64,000 nt of DNA from Octopus sinensis (GCF_006345805.1 NC_043000.1:9300001-9364000), one strand, 5' to 3'; positions 49,465 through 63,548 are shown, counted from the stretch's first letter. Made by a program: numbers and translations. The notes: generated by a model not told the origin, from the sequence alone.

Positions 49465-50280
49465 TGGTTTTCAAATTTTTGGCACAAGGCCAGCAACTTT
49501 GACGGGAGGGGTTAAACCGATTGCAATAAGTGTTCAACTGGTACTTATTTTATCGACCCCGTAAGAATGAAAGACAAAGTCGACCTCGGTGGAATTTGAA
49601 CTCAGAACGCCAAAGACAGACAAAATGCCGCTTAGCATTTTGCCCGGATGGGTGCTAACGATTCTTATTTCTTTATTGCCCACAAGGGGCTAAACATAGA
49701 GAGGACAAACAAGGACAGACAAAGGGATTAAGTCGATTACATCGTCCCAAGTGCGTAACTGGTACTTAATTTATCGACCCCGAAAGGATGAAAGGTAAAG
49801 TCGACCTCGGCGGAATTTGAACGCAGTACGTAGCGACGAGCGAAATACCTATTTCTTTACTACGCACAAGAGGACAAACAAGGACAGACAAACGGATGAA
49901 GTCGATTACATCGACCCCATTGCATAACTGGTACTTAATTTATCGATCTCGAAAGGATGAAAGGCAAAGTCGACCTCGGCGGAATTTGAACCCAGAACGT
50001 AACGGCAGACGAAATACGGTTACGCCCGGCGTGCTAACGTTTCTGCCAGCTCACCGCCTTGGTATCAGTTGTAATATTACTAGCAGAAATAAGGCGGTGG
50101 GCAGAGAGAATCGTTAGCGGCGTTACGCCCGTCTTTACGTTCTGAGTTCAAGTTCCGCCGAGGTCGACTTTCCTTTCATCCTTTCAGAATCGATAGATAC
50201 CAGCTGAACACTGGAGTTGATGTAATCGACTTACCCCCACACCTCGAAGTTTCTGACTACGTGCCAAAACCTGAAACCAG
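49465..50280. mobile_element. cluster of SINE family B copies
   Basis: Three minus copies 49465-50060, two of them with the tttcttta..cacaag tail, and one plus copy 50090-50280. Confidence 0.8.
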
Positions 50281-50396
50281 TGTTTCTAGCAGAAATTAGT
50301 TGATGCTGTGTGATGTTATGTGAAATATCTAGTGTCAGAAGTATCATCACCACATCATCAAAAGTATCATCTCTACATGATAATAAAAAAAAAAAC

Positions 50397-50699
50397 GTCG
50401 CTCTTTTCAAGCCTATCCAGGCTCAAGAGTCCGGTTTCCCGGTTTCTGTGGCGTATGTGTTCCCCCCAGCTGAACGGGATGCCAATCCATCGCAGGATTA
50501 CTCAAGAAACAGGAAGAGAGAGAGAGTGAGAGAAAGTTGGGCGAAAGAGTACAACAGGGGTCGCCCTACCCTCTGCCGGAGCCTCGTGGAGCTTTTAGGT
50601 GTTTTCGGTCAATAAACATACAACGCCCGGTCTGGGAATCGAAACCGCGATCTTCCGACTGCGAGTCCGCTGCCCTAACCACTGGGTCATTGCGCCTCC
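50397..50699 (-). mobile_element. SINE family C, full-length
   Basis: Matches 47522-47806. Confidence 0.85.
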
Positions 50700-52480
50700 T
50701 TCTACAGAACAATAACCGATATAAATGTTGGTTGGCTGTTTTCCCTAGTCACACTTTACATTTTACATATATAGAGAAGGAAAGAGTAAGAGACAAATAC
50801 AGAGAGAAAGTAGATATATGAGGTGCAGTATCAGTGTCTTATAACTTCTAGAAAATACACATATTTTAGTAAAATTTTTGCAGAAATTGGTTTTCGATAG
50901 AGTCTACTGGTGATTACCTTGATAAAATTTAGGGAAATCAATAGCATATAGTTATTGCAAATATATAAATGAAAAATATGTTCTATTTAATTTTATTTTT
51001 AAAGTAATAAATATTTTCTTTTGGAAATTAGTATTCATTTCATCGTTTTATATAAGCATCAAGAAATTTGATAAAAGTTAAATTATAATTATTTTATGTT
51101 TGCTAATTTTTTTTATACGGCCCATGCTGGCAAAAGTATACTTCCAAAGTTATCCACCATATCATGGGTAGTACTAGTATTATATTCTGGTTGTTGACTG
51201 TCTGAAAATGTATGATAAAAATCTCTTACAGCTGACAATGGTTGATAGTGTAACAATACAAGATTAGCATTCTCTGATATTAAGAAATATGAAAATGATC
51301 TATGTAGGAGGGAAAATAGTGAAGACGTCAAGAATACTCTCAGAAATAATGAAATTACTTAATTCTGAAAAGAATGAAGTCTGTGAAGTTGTTTTCTTTT
51401 TGCCAAGCATTGAATATAGCAGAGAATATAAAAGAAAAATAATCACAAGAATTTCGGGAGAAATCGAATTTTAAATATAAAATCTAGACGAACTGAAACT
51501 ATGCTACAAAAATCTAATGAAACGATAAATTGTAGCTGTAAAATGTGAGATAGATGTGGTTCAATTCTGCATTCGGGTTTATTGATATTGGATAGAATGG
51601 TAAGAAAAAAAATCTTATTTACAATTTCTGACTTACCAATCAAGTAAGTGATGGGAAGTTATTCATGATAAGAAACACTGAGCTCACTGTGTCATGGAAA
51701 TAGAAACGAAAGCGTGTTATACGGTAATGTTCAGCAGTGAATTGATTAAAGCTACATAGTAGAAAAATTACTAGGGAATATATATATACACTGTCCTATT
51801 TCAAGAGCGGTAGGAAATGGAAATGTTCAATTTGGAAAGATAAAGGTTGGTGCAGCAGGAAAAATCAGACTGAAAGAATGAATGATTGCATGTAAGGAAA
51901 TTTGATTTCATTGTGAAAAGGAATTTGCAAAAGAGCTCAGAACAAAAGCTTGAAGTAGTAAAAAAAATAATTCTGTTGAATGCGGTATACATAGAGCAGT
52001 GACCAGAGTTCGGAGAAAAAGAGCTCAACAGTAACTTAGATTCTTATAAAAGTTAGCAAGTAGAAACAATTGATAAAAACATGAATACAGAAGAAATGAA
52101 ACAAAAAAACAAAGCTTTGATGTTTTATCTGGAATATGCAGAAAATTCAAAAAATATTCCGTTGTTTGTAGTATTGTTATCTTTTCTTTCTTGTCGAGTC
52201 TACAGCGTAGGGGTGAAAGAACGATTGAAGTTTAGGAGGGTGATATAAACGCTGATTGCTGGTTGCTTTGATTAGCAGATTAATAGTGAGAAAGATGAAA
52301 ACTCAACCTCAGTATTTGGCTGATACTCTACCGGGGGCTTTCTGAAGTACTTTGAGTGGGAGACAACCCATATGTGGCCTTGGTTTGATCGCAAAGACGT
52401 GTTTCAGTCGACATCAATATAGTGTGGTGGTGGTGGTGGTGGTGGTGGCGGCGGCTTGCCATTGGCAGCTTCGGTTGACG

Positions 52481-53014
52481 ACGCCCCGGACGCGAAATTT
52501 GTTTCCCACAAGAGTTCCGGACTCCAGTAATGAGCTCATTTGCATACAGCCGATCAGAGCTCACCTTGACCTTCTTGTCAAGTTAACAAAGGTTGGCATT
52601 CAAGAACGGTGTTGTTATGCCTGATATTAGGAGACAAGTAATTAGATAGATTTGCATCTATACCTATTATAGGATTTTGCGAGGGCCCCATATGGTAAAG
52701 ATGTGAATAGGAAAAATGTAGCTAGAGGGTGATGTGCTTGAAACCCTCTCCCCTTACTGTTTTACAAAGTAAACAACAACACAAATAATTACGCAGAGGT
52801 AGCCGTGGTTGAAACAAGAACACGAACAACGAGCATTATCAAAAGAGAAAAGAAACATGGTCATTCCTTACCCAAGTGTCCTAATCTTATCGCCCATTAC
52901 TTGTTATGCGCTCAAAAATTAGTTTGATAGTTGAGCTCTGATTGGCTGTATGCAAATGAGTTCATAACTGGGGTCCGTTACTCTCGTGGGGAAAAATATT
53001 CGCGTCCCGGACGT
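52481..53014. mobile_element. MITE-like element with inverted arms of about 85 bp
   Basis: ggacgcgaa..ctcatttgcatacagccgatcagagctca pairs with tgagctctgattggctgtatgcaaatgag..ttcgcgtcc. Confidence 0.75.
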
Positions 53015-53132
53015 GCTTAGTTCGAACATTACAGGTACAATAATGCAACTGAACTCCAGGCCCACTCGTGGCTCAGCTGATAGCTGCTCTTTGTTGGGTG
53101 ACCATTGATGAGGAGCAGTATCAGCAAATGTA

Positions 53133-53316
53133 CAAGGGCGCACTGAAAAGTTCCTGGCTTTGGCTAACACAAAATACAGATTCCTCTCCCAGATTCACAC
53201 ACTTATTGCAGTGGTTCTCCAGTTTTCTAAGCCCTGTAAAAGAACTCGGAAGGCTGAGCCCCCAACCAGGTCTTTTGCGATACCCTTAAATCCAGGAACT
53301 TTTCAGCACCCACTCG
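53133..53316. mobile_element. mariner-derived MITE
   Basis: TA-caagggcgcactgaaaagttcctgg ... ccaggaacttttcagcacccactcg-TA. Confidence 0.8.
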
Positions 53317-54199
53317 TAGTTGTTTGACCAAAGGTTAGACCTGCGCAAACATATCTACACTGAAAGGCGTTCCATGCAGGCTTCACAGTAGCGTAGCTAG
53401 AGGAGGGAGCGAGGAGGCGATCCGCAATGAGCGATGCTTTTTTGAGGCTGCACTTCTGGGCCTGCTGTATTAACCTGAATAAGATGGAGCCCTGAAGCGG
53501 AGTAACAAATTTAAGGGATACCTGCGGAAATGTCATTTTTTTTTTCTGACAACGTTTATATGAAATTGTTTATTTCAATGGCGTCTTTTTTGGTGGGGAA
53601 AGATTTAGCTACTATTTCTAGCATACATGGGAATTCGTAGAAACTCGCTTGTTGATTTCACTGTGACAATAGAGATTAATGTTGTTGTTTTCGATGATGT
53701 TTAATCCTGGTTAGCTCTAATCAATAATAAGTCCTACGATTAAAAGCGGCGTTCAAGTTGTAACAATCCCGTCCTCTCCTTTCTGTAAATAGTAGGATGT
53801 AATTTTTAGAAGATTTGGTTACTATTTCTGCCATACCGAACGATAGCGTAGTGCTTCTCTCATTGGCTGAGGTAGAAGATGCACGTGATATTTAGAGCAT
53901 AAATTATGATAATGTGTGTTGTTGATTTTAGACTCAGGTCAGCTATGATTGTGCATCAAGTTATAACTTATCCTGGATACGTTTGTCATATTATATCTTA
54001 TGAGGGAAATTTGACTGCTATATCTTGCAGATCAAGTGATTACGACGATAGTAATGTTGTTGATGATGATTATCGTGGTGGTGGTAGTGGTGGTAATCAT
54101 CTAACCGATGGTGCATGTGATATTGGTGGCAACAGGATGTGGGGTTGCTGACGTGGCGATGATGATGATGATGATGACAATGAGTAAGATAAGGATGAA

Positions 54200-54251
<52 letters not shown>

Positions 54252-54500
54252 TTCTCTTAATCAAAGGTTTTGTTGGAGCTCCTGGAGTCTTGCATGCGTA
54301 GAGAGCTTACTACCCGCAGCCCACGGTACTATGCTGTTCGCTATTTTCAGCTCTCTAATACTTTCCTGATTATTCAGGCCGTACCAAGGAGGCAAACCTT
54401 TTGTAACAGTTCTACTGGGCATTCTATTCCAATTTTCTTTAAATTCCCTTTGATACCTTCTGATACTGTTCTCAAGGACCCAACAATAATTAGCACTGTT
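54252..54500 (-). mobile_element. R4/Dong-type LINE 3' end with (TAA)n tail
   Basis: Minus strand IIVGSLRTVSEGIKGNLKKIGI..ELLQKVCLLGTA*IIRKVL; (TAA)n at 54203-54250. Confidence 0.75.
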
Positions 54501-55022
54501 AAAGAGGTGGTGGTGGTGGTGGTTGTCGCCGTCATCGTTGTCTTTGTCGTAATCTAGAAGATGACACTTGTGATGTCGGTGTTAAAAGAATGTAGCGATA
54601 GTGGGAGTGGCACTGATGACGACGAAAATGGTGATGATTATATCATAATCAAGCGCGTGTTATTATTGGAATACAATTAAGAATTTTAGAAATCTATTTA
54701 CCGGTTTGCCTGCATATGCGAATGCATGTGTTCTTGCGCAAATGTCAGTCTGCATGTGCATATCTGTATATGTGTGTGTATATGCATGCATGAATGTGCA
54801 TCTGTAAGATGTGTGTATGGTTACAGACATGTTTTCTTTTTTGCACTCAGAAAAGTCAATACACAAAGTGCAATCAAGATCGATAAATAAATTCAAATTA
54901 TTTATCGTCGTTCAATCATAACAGTTCGTTGGTAAAACTTTAAGCTGTTTCTGGATACATGGAGTTACGCAAAAATATATTCATTTCGCTCTCATAGACG
55001 CATTTCTCACTCTCTTTCTTTT

Positions 55023-55062
<40 letters not shown>

Positions 55063-55198
55063 CTTCTCCATGTGTGTATGTGTGTGCATGCATGCACACA
55101 CACACACACACATACATACATGCATACATACATACATACATACATACATACATAAATACATACATACATACATACATATATATATATATATGTATATA

Positions 55199-55233
<35 letters not shown>

Positions 55234-55473
55234 GAAAGGCCGGCCGGCAGAATCGTTAGCACGCCGGGCAAAATGCTTGGCGATATTTCGTCCGTCTTTA
55301 CGTTCTGAGTTTTAAATTCCGCTGATGTCATCTTAACCTTTCATGTTGAGCGCTGGGTTCGATATAATCGACTTACCCCATCCCCCGATCTTCCTGGCCT
55401 TGTGCCAATCCGTATTAAGTGATAAGCAGCTCATATCTTCCCAACCGTTGAAATTTCAACCACTGCTTCTAAA

Positions 55474-55676
55474 CAGTAATCACTCGCCATATCGCGGTTC
55501 ACCTAACGCGCACTCAGTACATCGCGATTTTTCTGGCTAATATATGTAAATTTATATCGCGGGTTCCTCAGTATATCCGGGTCTCTGCGTTGATAGGTAT
55601 TTATCTTTTTTTAGGATTTAATTATTTCTGTGAGAGGTTTTGGATCGTAATAACCGCGATAGTCGAGGGATTACTG
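55474..55676. mobile_element. Tigger/pogo-like MITE
   Basis: TIR cagtaatcactcgccatatcgcggtt / aaccgcgatagtcgagggattactg-TA. Confidence 0.75.
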
Positions 55677-56309
55677 TATTTGAAAAACAAAGCCGAATCC
55701 GGTAGTATAATATCGGCAAACTTCCATCGATATTAGCGAACTTATTAATAAGGAAATACTTTCGTTATCAAACATTTTCGTTCTTTGAATATTTTCCTAA
55801 TTAAATAAATTTACCTTTAAATATAAACATATGTACTGAAGCGTTGGTTGTTTATATTCATATTGTAGCGATGAATATATTCAAACATACATATTTTTAA
55901 AAAATCTATACGCAGAACAGAAAATCAATAGATATTAAAATAAACTTTTTTTTATAATAAAAATAAATGAATTTTCTTTTCTTAATTTTAAAACAGCAAA
56001 ACAGTGATATACATAAAGAATGAGAAACATGTTTGTTACATTTAGGAATAAGAATGTTTTGAAATTCTCAACTAATTCTTATGCATCATCGCATCATTTC
56101 CTCTCAGATTCTTTTATGTAACTATTAATTAGTTCTTCTGAGATACCCTACATTGGCTTTGAGTTTATCTTGTTGGTATGTAATCGAAAGGACTCAATAT
56201 ATTTACTGAGTATGCATGAAGATCAGTCGTGATTGGCGATCTTGCTATTGCAGTTCATAAAACGTTGGTGAAATGCGTGCGACACCTACATGTGTGTGTC
56301 TGTGTTTGC

Positions 56310-56345
<36 letters not shown>

Positions 56346-56370
56346 GTGCGTGTGTGTGTGTGTATGTGTG

Positions 56371-56631
56371 TGGAGGCGCAATGGCCCAGTGGTTAGGGCA
56401 GCGGATTCGCGGTCGTAGGATCGCAGTTTCGATTCCCAGACCGGGCGTTGTGTGTGTTTATTGAGCGAAAACACCTAAAGCTCCACGAGGCTCCGGCAGG
56501 GATGGGTGGCGATCCCTGCTGACTCTTTCGCCAGCGGGGTTGCCTCATTTGAAGGCTAAAACAATGCGAAGTGCATTGTGACCAGCGATGTGTTGCAACA
56601 TCTGATAGCCTGGTCGGTCACGGTGACGGTG
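56371..56631 (+). mobile_element. SINE with family C head and a different tail (duplicate at 58096-58357)
   Basis: tggcccagtggttag A box, tttcgattcc B box, tail gtgaccagcgatgtg..ctggtcggtcac(ggtgac)2. Confidence 0.85.
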
Positions 56632-56638
56632 ATATATA

Positions 56639-56690
<52 letters not shown>

Positions 56691-56910
56691 AGTCAATTTA
56701 GGGTAGCAAAAAAATTCAATAGAAATTTATCGCTACCAGCGGCCTGGTGGAAAAGAGAAAATAGTCATCGACTAAATATATAAATATAACAATTTAGGAG
56801 TGACCCTAACAGGTCATTCGTCCACCAGAAAGAGCAGCCATAACTCACACCGCCAAGTAGTAGTAATTCAGAAATTAGGTGAAAATTTAAAAACATTTAC
56901 CCTAATTCAT

Positions 56911-57010
56911 CTTTTAGACGTTGCAACGTTTCTGTGTCATTAATGATTAAATTAGCTTAATTAAATTAAATTAAGCTAATCTACCATAGGTTACACTTCA
57001 TCAGTAAAAA
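56911..57010 (-). ncRNA. type I hammerhead ribozyme (duplicate at 58633-58732)
   Basis: Reverse complement of 57179-57278. Confidence 0.82.
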
Positions 57011-57178
57011 ACCTGGGAGAGACAAATATACACGAGTCGCAATAATTCTGAGATTGAATCGGCAGTTTATATTTACTGCTGATAAGTTTGGCGCGAATAC
57101 GTCAGTCTTGAAAATTTTAAGACAGATATTCCGTAGGCATCGATACAGACGCCTCGTGTATATTTGTCTCTCCCAGGT

Positions 57179-57278
57179 TTTTTACTGATGAAGTGTAACC
57201 TATGGTAGATTAGCTTAATTTAATTTAATTAAGCTAATTTAATCATTAATGACACAGAAACGTTGCAACGTCTAAAAG
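57179..57278 (+). ncRNA. type I hammerhead ribozyme with long stem II (duplicate at 58901-59000)
   Basis: ttttta-CTGATGA-agtgt..tagattagcttaatt/aattaagctaattta..acaca-GAAA-cgttgcaacg-TC-taaaag. Stem III is the palindrome ACGTTGCAACGT; cleavage falls after 57272. Confidence 0.82.
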
Positions 57279-57399
57279 ATGAATTAGGTAAATGTTTTTA
57301 AATTTTCACCTAATTTCTGAATTACTACTACTTGGCGGTGTGAGTTATGGCTGCTCTTTCTGGTGGACGAATGACCTGTTAGGGTCACTCCTAAATTGT

Positions 57400-57525
<126 letters not shown>

Positions 57526-57751
57526 AGTACTTCATATATCCGAAAAGAAGCACACTCTAAAAACATAATATTTAAAAGGTTATTAATAGTTATCGACGAG
57601 CTAACATGGCAGTCCAGAAAAATAGGACGAATGCTGCCGTTGATTAGCTCCAAGAGGCCATCGCCTCTAGCTAGCTATGTGACACACGAACTTGTGTCCA
57701 TTATAACCTTCGAACAGGGGAGGTCAGCCGCTTCCCCTTGCCGGTCTGGCA

Positions 57752-57794
57752 TCTACAGACTAGTTTCAGGGTATTTGCCCCTTATCAATGTAGA
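57752..57794 (-). ncRNA. type I hammerhead ribozyme, U3-A8 core variant (duplicate at 59476-59518)
   Basis: Minus strand tctaca-TTGATAA-gggg-caaata-ccct-GAAA-ctag-TC-tgtaga. Stem I is a perfect 6 bp, stem II is 4 bp, stem III is the palindrome ACTAGT; the duplicate has GUA. Confidence 0.82.
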
Positions 57795-58021
57795 GCAGCT
57801 GAACCAGGCAGAGAGTTACTATTTCGCTCTTATAAGGGATTAGCTATATAGGTGACTCGTCAAACTCATCTGGCGGAGGCACATAACAGAAAACATTCTA
57901 AATATATATACATGTGTGTGTGTGTGTTTGTTTGTGCGTGTGTGTGTGTGTGCGTGTGTGTGTGTGTATGTGTGCGTGCCTGCGTTTGTGTTTGTTTGTG
58001 TGTGTGTGAGTGTGTGTGTGC

Positions 58022-58064
<43 letters not shown>

Positions 58065-58353
58065 ATATGTGCGTGTGTGTGTGTGTGTATGTGTGTGGAG
58101 GCGCAATGGCCCAGTGGTTAGGGCAGCGGATTCGCGGTCGTAGGATCGCAGTTTCGATTCCCAGACCGGGCGTTGTGTGTGTTTATTGAGCGAAAACACC
58201 TAAAGCTCCACGAGGCTCCGGCAGGGATGGGTGGCGATCCCTGCTGACTCTTTCGCCAGCGGGGTTGCCTCATTTGAAGGCTAAAACAATGCGAAGTGCA
58301 TTGTGACCAGCGATGTGTTGCAACATCTGATAGCCTGGTCGGTCACGGTGACG

Positions 58354-58401
<48 letters not shown>

Positions 58402-59120
58402 ATATATATATATTAGTCAATTTAGGGTAGCAAAAAAATTCAATAGAATTTATCGCTACCAGCGGCCTGGTGGAAAAGAGAAAATAGTCATCGACTAAAT
58501 ATATAAATATAACAATTTAGGAGTGACCCTAACAGGTCATTCGTCCACCAGAAAGAGCAGCATAACTCACACCGCCAAGTAGTAGTAATTCAGAAATTAG
58601 GTGAAAATTTAAAAACATTTACCCTAATTCATCTTTTAGACGTTGCAACGTTTCTGTGTCATTAATGATTAAATTAGCTTAATTAAATTAAATTAAGCTA
58701 ATCTACCATAGGTTACACTTCATCAGTAAAAAACCTGGGAGAGACAAATATACACGAGTCGCAATAATTCTGAGATTGAATCGGCAGTTTATATTTACTG
58801 CTGATAAGTTTGGCGCGAATACGTCAGTCTTGAAAATTTTAAGACAGATATTCCGTAGGCATCGATACAGACGCCTCGTGTATATTTGTCTCTCCCAGGT
58901 TTTTTACTGATGAAGTGTAACCTATGGTAGATTAGCTTAATTTAATTTAATTAAGCTAATTTAATCATTAATGACACAGAAACGTTGCAACGTCTAAAAG
59001 ATGAATTAGGGTAAATGTTTTTAAATTTTCACCTAATTTCTGAATTACTACTACTTGGCGGTGTGAGTTATGGCTGCTCTTTCTGGTGGACGAATGACCT
59101 GTTAGGTCACTCCTAAATTG

Positions 59121-59185
<65 letters not shown>

Positions 59186-59972
59186 ATATGTATATATATA
59201 TGTGTATGTGTGTGTGTGTGTGTGGTGTGTGTGTGTGTGTGTGTGTGTCAGTACTTCATATATCCGAAAAGAAGCACACTCTAAAAACATAATATTTAAA
59301 AGGTTATTAATAGTTATCGACGAGCTAACATGGCAGTCCAGAAAAATAGGACGAATGCTGCCGTTGATTAGCTCCAAGAGGCCATCGCCTCTAGCTAGCT
59401 ATGTGACACACGAACTTGTGTCCATTATAACCTTCGAACAGGGGAGGTCAGCCGCTTCCCCTTGCCGGTCTGGCATCTACATACTAGTTTCAGGGTATTT
59501 GCCCCTTATCAATGTAGAGCAGCTGAACCAGGCAGAGAGTTACTATTTCGCTCTTATAAGGGATTAGCTATATAGGTGACTCGTCAAACTCATCTGGCGG
59601 AGGCACATAACAGAAAACATTCTAAATATATATACATGTGTGTGTGTGTGTTTGTTTGTGCGTGTGTGTGTGTGCGTGTGTGTGTGTGTATGTGTGCGTG
59701 CCTGCGTTTGTGTTTGTTTGTGTGTGTGTGAGTGTGTGTGTGCGTGTGTGTGTGTGTATGTGTGCGTGCCTGCGTTTGTGTTTGTTTGTGTGTGTGTGAG
59801 TTCGCGCATTAGAAAGAAATAATGGACAAGCAAAACGTATTATCCGTTTAGAGCAAGTAATGTATAATTCAAACATAATTGCAGAGTTGTTAGAGTAAAT
59901 AAGGGATTAAGAAGTTATGCATGAAGTCTTTTACAGCTGTTTCTAGAATAGTTGTGCATATTCTTTTATTCT

Positions 59973-60315
59973 TTTACTTGTTTCAGTTATTAGACTGTGG
60001 CCATGCTGGGGCACCACCTTGATGTTTTAGCCAAATTAACCGATCCTAGTACTTTTTCTAAAGCTTGGTACTTATTCTATCGGTCTCTTTTGCCGAGCCA
60101 CTAGTTATTTGGACGCAAACACACCAACACCGGTTGTCAAGCGGTGGTGGGGGGTACAAACACAGATATAAATACTCGCGCACTCGCACACACACACACA
60201 CATAACACAGGGTTCTTTCGGTTTCCGTCTACCAAATCCACTCACGAGTCTTTGGTCCGGTCGTGGCTATAGAAGAAGACACCTGACCAAAGTGTCATGC
60301 AGTGGCACTGAACCG
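59973..60315 (-). mobile_element. SINE family A
   Basis: Matches 23485-23903. Confidence 0.85.
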
Positions 60316-61369
60316 GTGCATTATATATATGTGTGTGTATTGGCGTCATATAAATTTCGAGAGAACGTGAAGTAATTCTTTTCGGGCAGCAGTGGATCTC
60401 GAATCTTTTTTCTATTCATAGGAGTTTGTAAATCTAATACCTGCATTTTGATGCCTTATTTATATCTGTATGTGCTACGAGATCCGGCGTTTCGAAAAAG
60501 GTACACACACACACATATGTGTGTGTGCGGCGTGTGTAGGTGTGGGTACGTGCGTGTGTGATTGTGTGTGAGGTTTCTATTCAAAGAAAGAAGCTAATGA
60601 ACATAATTCCAGTGTTTAAAGAACAAAAACCATTCAATACTGAAAGCATCTTGTAATTATTTTGGTACGCTAATCTTCAACATCAATGATATTTTAACTA
60701 AACTAAATTTTAGTTATAATCAATTATTAGGAAACACAAATGTCGGGATTTTATTTTCATTTTATTTTAATTTTTTTTAAACGTTTTTGCTCATCCTATT
60801 ATTCATTCTTTCGGTAACAAATTCTTGGTTTCTTGGATTTATTGGAAATTATTGATAATCTGCATCAGTAAAAAATCAATCAATATGAAGTTCAGAAGAA
60901 TGAAAAAGAGTTTTGCAGCGAGGAGTGTTGAGTATAATGTGACTTTCGTCGCATTACTTGTTCGTGTTATAATGAGAAAATCAAGCTGAAATGTTGATTT
61001 TGGAAAGCAGAGAAACAGCTAAACATGAGGGTTCTGTGAGAAGGTCATAAAAAAGATGACTTCAAAAATTAGGTGAATTGGAGTGTGGACATGAAGCTAA
61101 ATAAATACAATATCTGGTACGATACAATTGTTTGAATAACAGCATATTTTTATAGAGAGATACAATTACGAAGACTGAATGAGATAGTGAGGTTGCAGAG
61201 AACAATACCTTAAAGAACCATTTTGGTATATAGTTACGATGAGAGAATAAAATATAGTAGGGAGAATATAGTTGCAGGAAGTTATAACTGATAGAGGAAA
61301 AGAAGCAGTTGTTGTGGAAACATATATGCAAACACAATTAAACCCAAGCACAATAAATCGTATTCAATA

Positions 61370-61760
61370 GTGTAGAAGTGGCTGTGTGGTAAGTAGCTTG
61401 CTTACCAGCCACATGGTTCCAGGTTCAGTCCCACTGCGTTGCACCTTGGGCAAGTGTCTTCGACCAAAGCCTTGTGAGTGGATTTGGTAGACGGAAATTG
61501 AAAGAAGCCCGTCGTATATATGTATATATATATATATATGTGTATGTGTATGTATGTGTTTGTCTGTCTGTTTTTGTCCCCCCAACATCGCTTGACAACC
61601 GATGCTGGTGTGCTTATGTCCCCGTAACCTAGCAGTTCGGCAAAAGAGACCGATAGAATAAGTACTAGGCTTACAAAGACTAAGTCCTAGGGTCGATTTG
61701 TTCGACTAAAGGTGGTGCTCCAGCATGGTTACAGTCAAATGACTGAAACAAGTAAAAGTG
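61370..61760 (+). mobile_element. SINE family A, full-length
   Basis: Head gtggctgtgtggtaagtagc..ggttcagtcccac through tail gactgaaacaagtaaaag. Confidence 0.9.
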
Positions 61761-61926
61761 TGTATATACGTTATATATGGTACATTAATGGCCATTGTGA
61801 TTTGATGCTATTTCTATAGAGTACACCAAGTTTTCTCCGACTTGGGCATCTTTTCCACAATGACAGTGAAGGTATTATTTACTGTTCTCTGAATATGGAA
61901 ATGGAGAGATTTCTTCTAACTAGGTG

Positions 61927-61965
61927 GTCACTGAGGATGCCCAAGAACGCTGAAATGCGTCTAAC
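61927..61965 (+). ncRNA. decayed minimal hammerhead motif
   Basis: gtca-CTGAGGA-tgc..gct-GAAA-tgcg-TC-taac. The core is intact; stems I and III each carry one transition. Confidence 0.5.
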
Positions 61966-62130
61966 GTTCTCGTGAGTTGCTACGGGGACAATGTTCACCA
62001 CACTCCGTTATATATTTTGTTTTTATCCTTCATCTCCCAAAGCAACTTTGCTCTCAGACAAAGCCTCAGAATCGTAACCTTTCAGCGGTGTATATACGTG
62101 GAATATCGTTCGCAGATGGCCATTTTCCAC

Positions 62131-62171
<41 letters not shown>

Positions 62172-62499
62172 GCGTGTTTGTGCGTGCAGTGTGTGTATGG
62201 ATACACATACGCAAAACACACGCATGCATATCATAGGTAAAATTTCTTAAATATTTTACATATTTTAACAATTAAGTTATTAGCAATTGAAGTATTCTGA
62301 ATAACCGTCACCTTTCTGGTTTTGTGAAGCTCATTCAAGCAGCTGAAGATTTGTGCTGAGGCAGTTAGTTATATAGCTGATATGTCAAGACACACGCAGG
62401 CGTGTATGTATGTGAGGACGTACGTTTGTGCTTATGTATAGGTGTATATTTTGCAGGTCTGTGAATAAATTAACCGGGAAAATATGCACGCGTATGTAT

Positions 62500-62571
62500 A
62501 CATCCATATATGTATGCGTACATATATAAAATGTGTGTGTGTGTGAGAGAGAGGATCTATATGCATGTATG

Positions 62572-62605
<34 letters not shown>

Positions 62606-62662
62606 ATATAGATAGATAGATAGATAGATAGATAGTAGATAGATAGATAGATAGATAGATAG

Positions 62663-62699
<37 letters not shown>

Positions 62700-63110
62700 T
62701 ATGCATATATGTATAATTAAATGTATGCGTGCATATATATATACAATTACAATATATAGATACATATATGCACATATATGCATATATATATATATACATA
62801 TATATATTTATGAGGATATATATATATATATATATATATATGCATATGTGCATGTATACAAGTGCAGACTTGTATCTTACTACATACATACATACATATA
62901 CATACATACATGCATACATACATACATACATACATACATACATACATACATACATACATACATGCATGCATACATACATACATACATACATACATACATA
63001 CATACATACATACATACATACATACATACATACGTACGTACATACATACATACATACATACATACATACATACATACATACATACATACATACATACATA
63101 CACGCACACG
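62500..63110. repeat. compound (TA)n/(GATA)n/(TACA)n microsatellite field
   Basis: Direct inspection. Confidence 0.95.
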
Positions 63111-63457
63111 ATATAAGATTACAATTAAACTATATGCTAGCAGATAAGGTTAATGCTTATATTAGAAGCAAAGTAAGAGGACAGAACTGGAAGTGATGTC
63201 AGTGCAGGTGGGCGTTGAAATTAGTGATACAGATGTATATAGGAAATAAACTAATCGTGGCAGTTGGATGCAAGATGAAACTGGGAAGTGGGATGAATTG
63301 AATGTCAGGAAATTTATCATAAAAATTACGCAGGAAACGAATTGTATTATTCATTGGAAGCCATGTAAAGTATCTAGGTCATTGCGTATCTATCGCGTCT
63401 CTTACTCTTATGTATGCATTCATCCATATATATATGTGTCATGTATGCATGTATTCG

Positions 63458-63548
<91 letters not shown>

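Noticed and set aside
51100-52150. Coding-looking purine-rich region
   Set aside because: Multiple stops in all frames and no motif I can identify with confidence; perhaps a very old LINE relic.
52390-52422. Minus-strand TTGATGT-cgact-GAAA-cacg-TC
   Set aside because: The core is mismatched and there is no stem I or II.
53320-53536. GC-richer unique block with a 77-aa ORF and AG/GT sites
   Set aside because: No recognisable protein similarity or consistent exon boundaries.
56371-56445. tRNA gene-like sequence (also 22521, 23830-23903, 61375)
   Set aside because: A and B boxes continue into SINE bodies; these are SINE heads, not tRNA genes.
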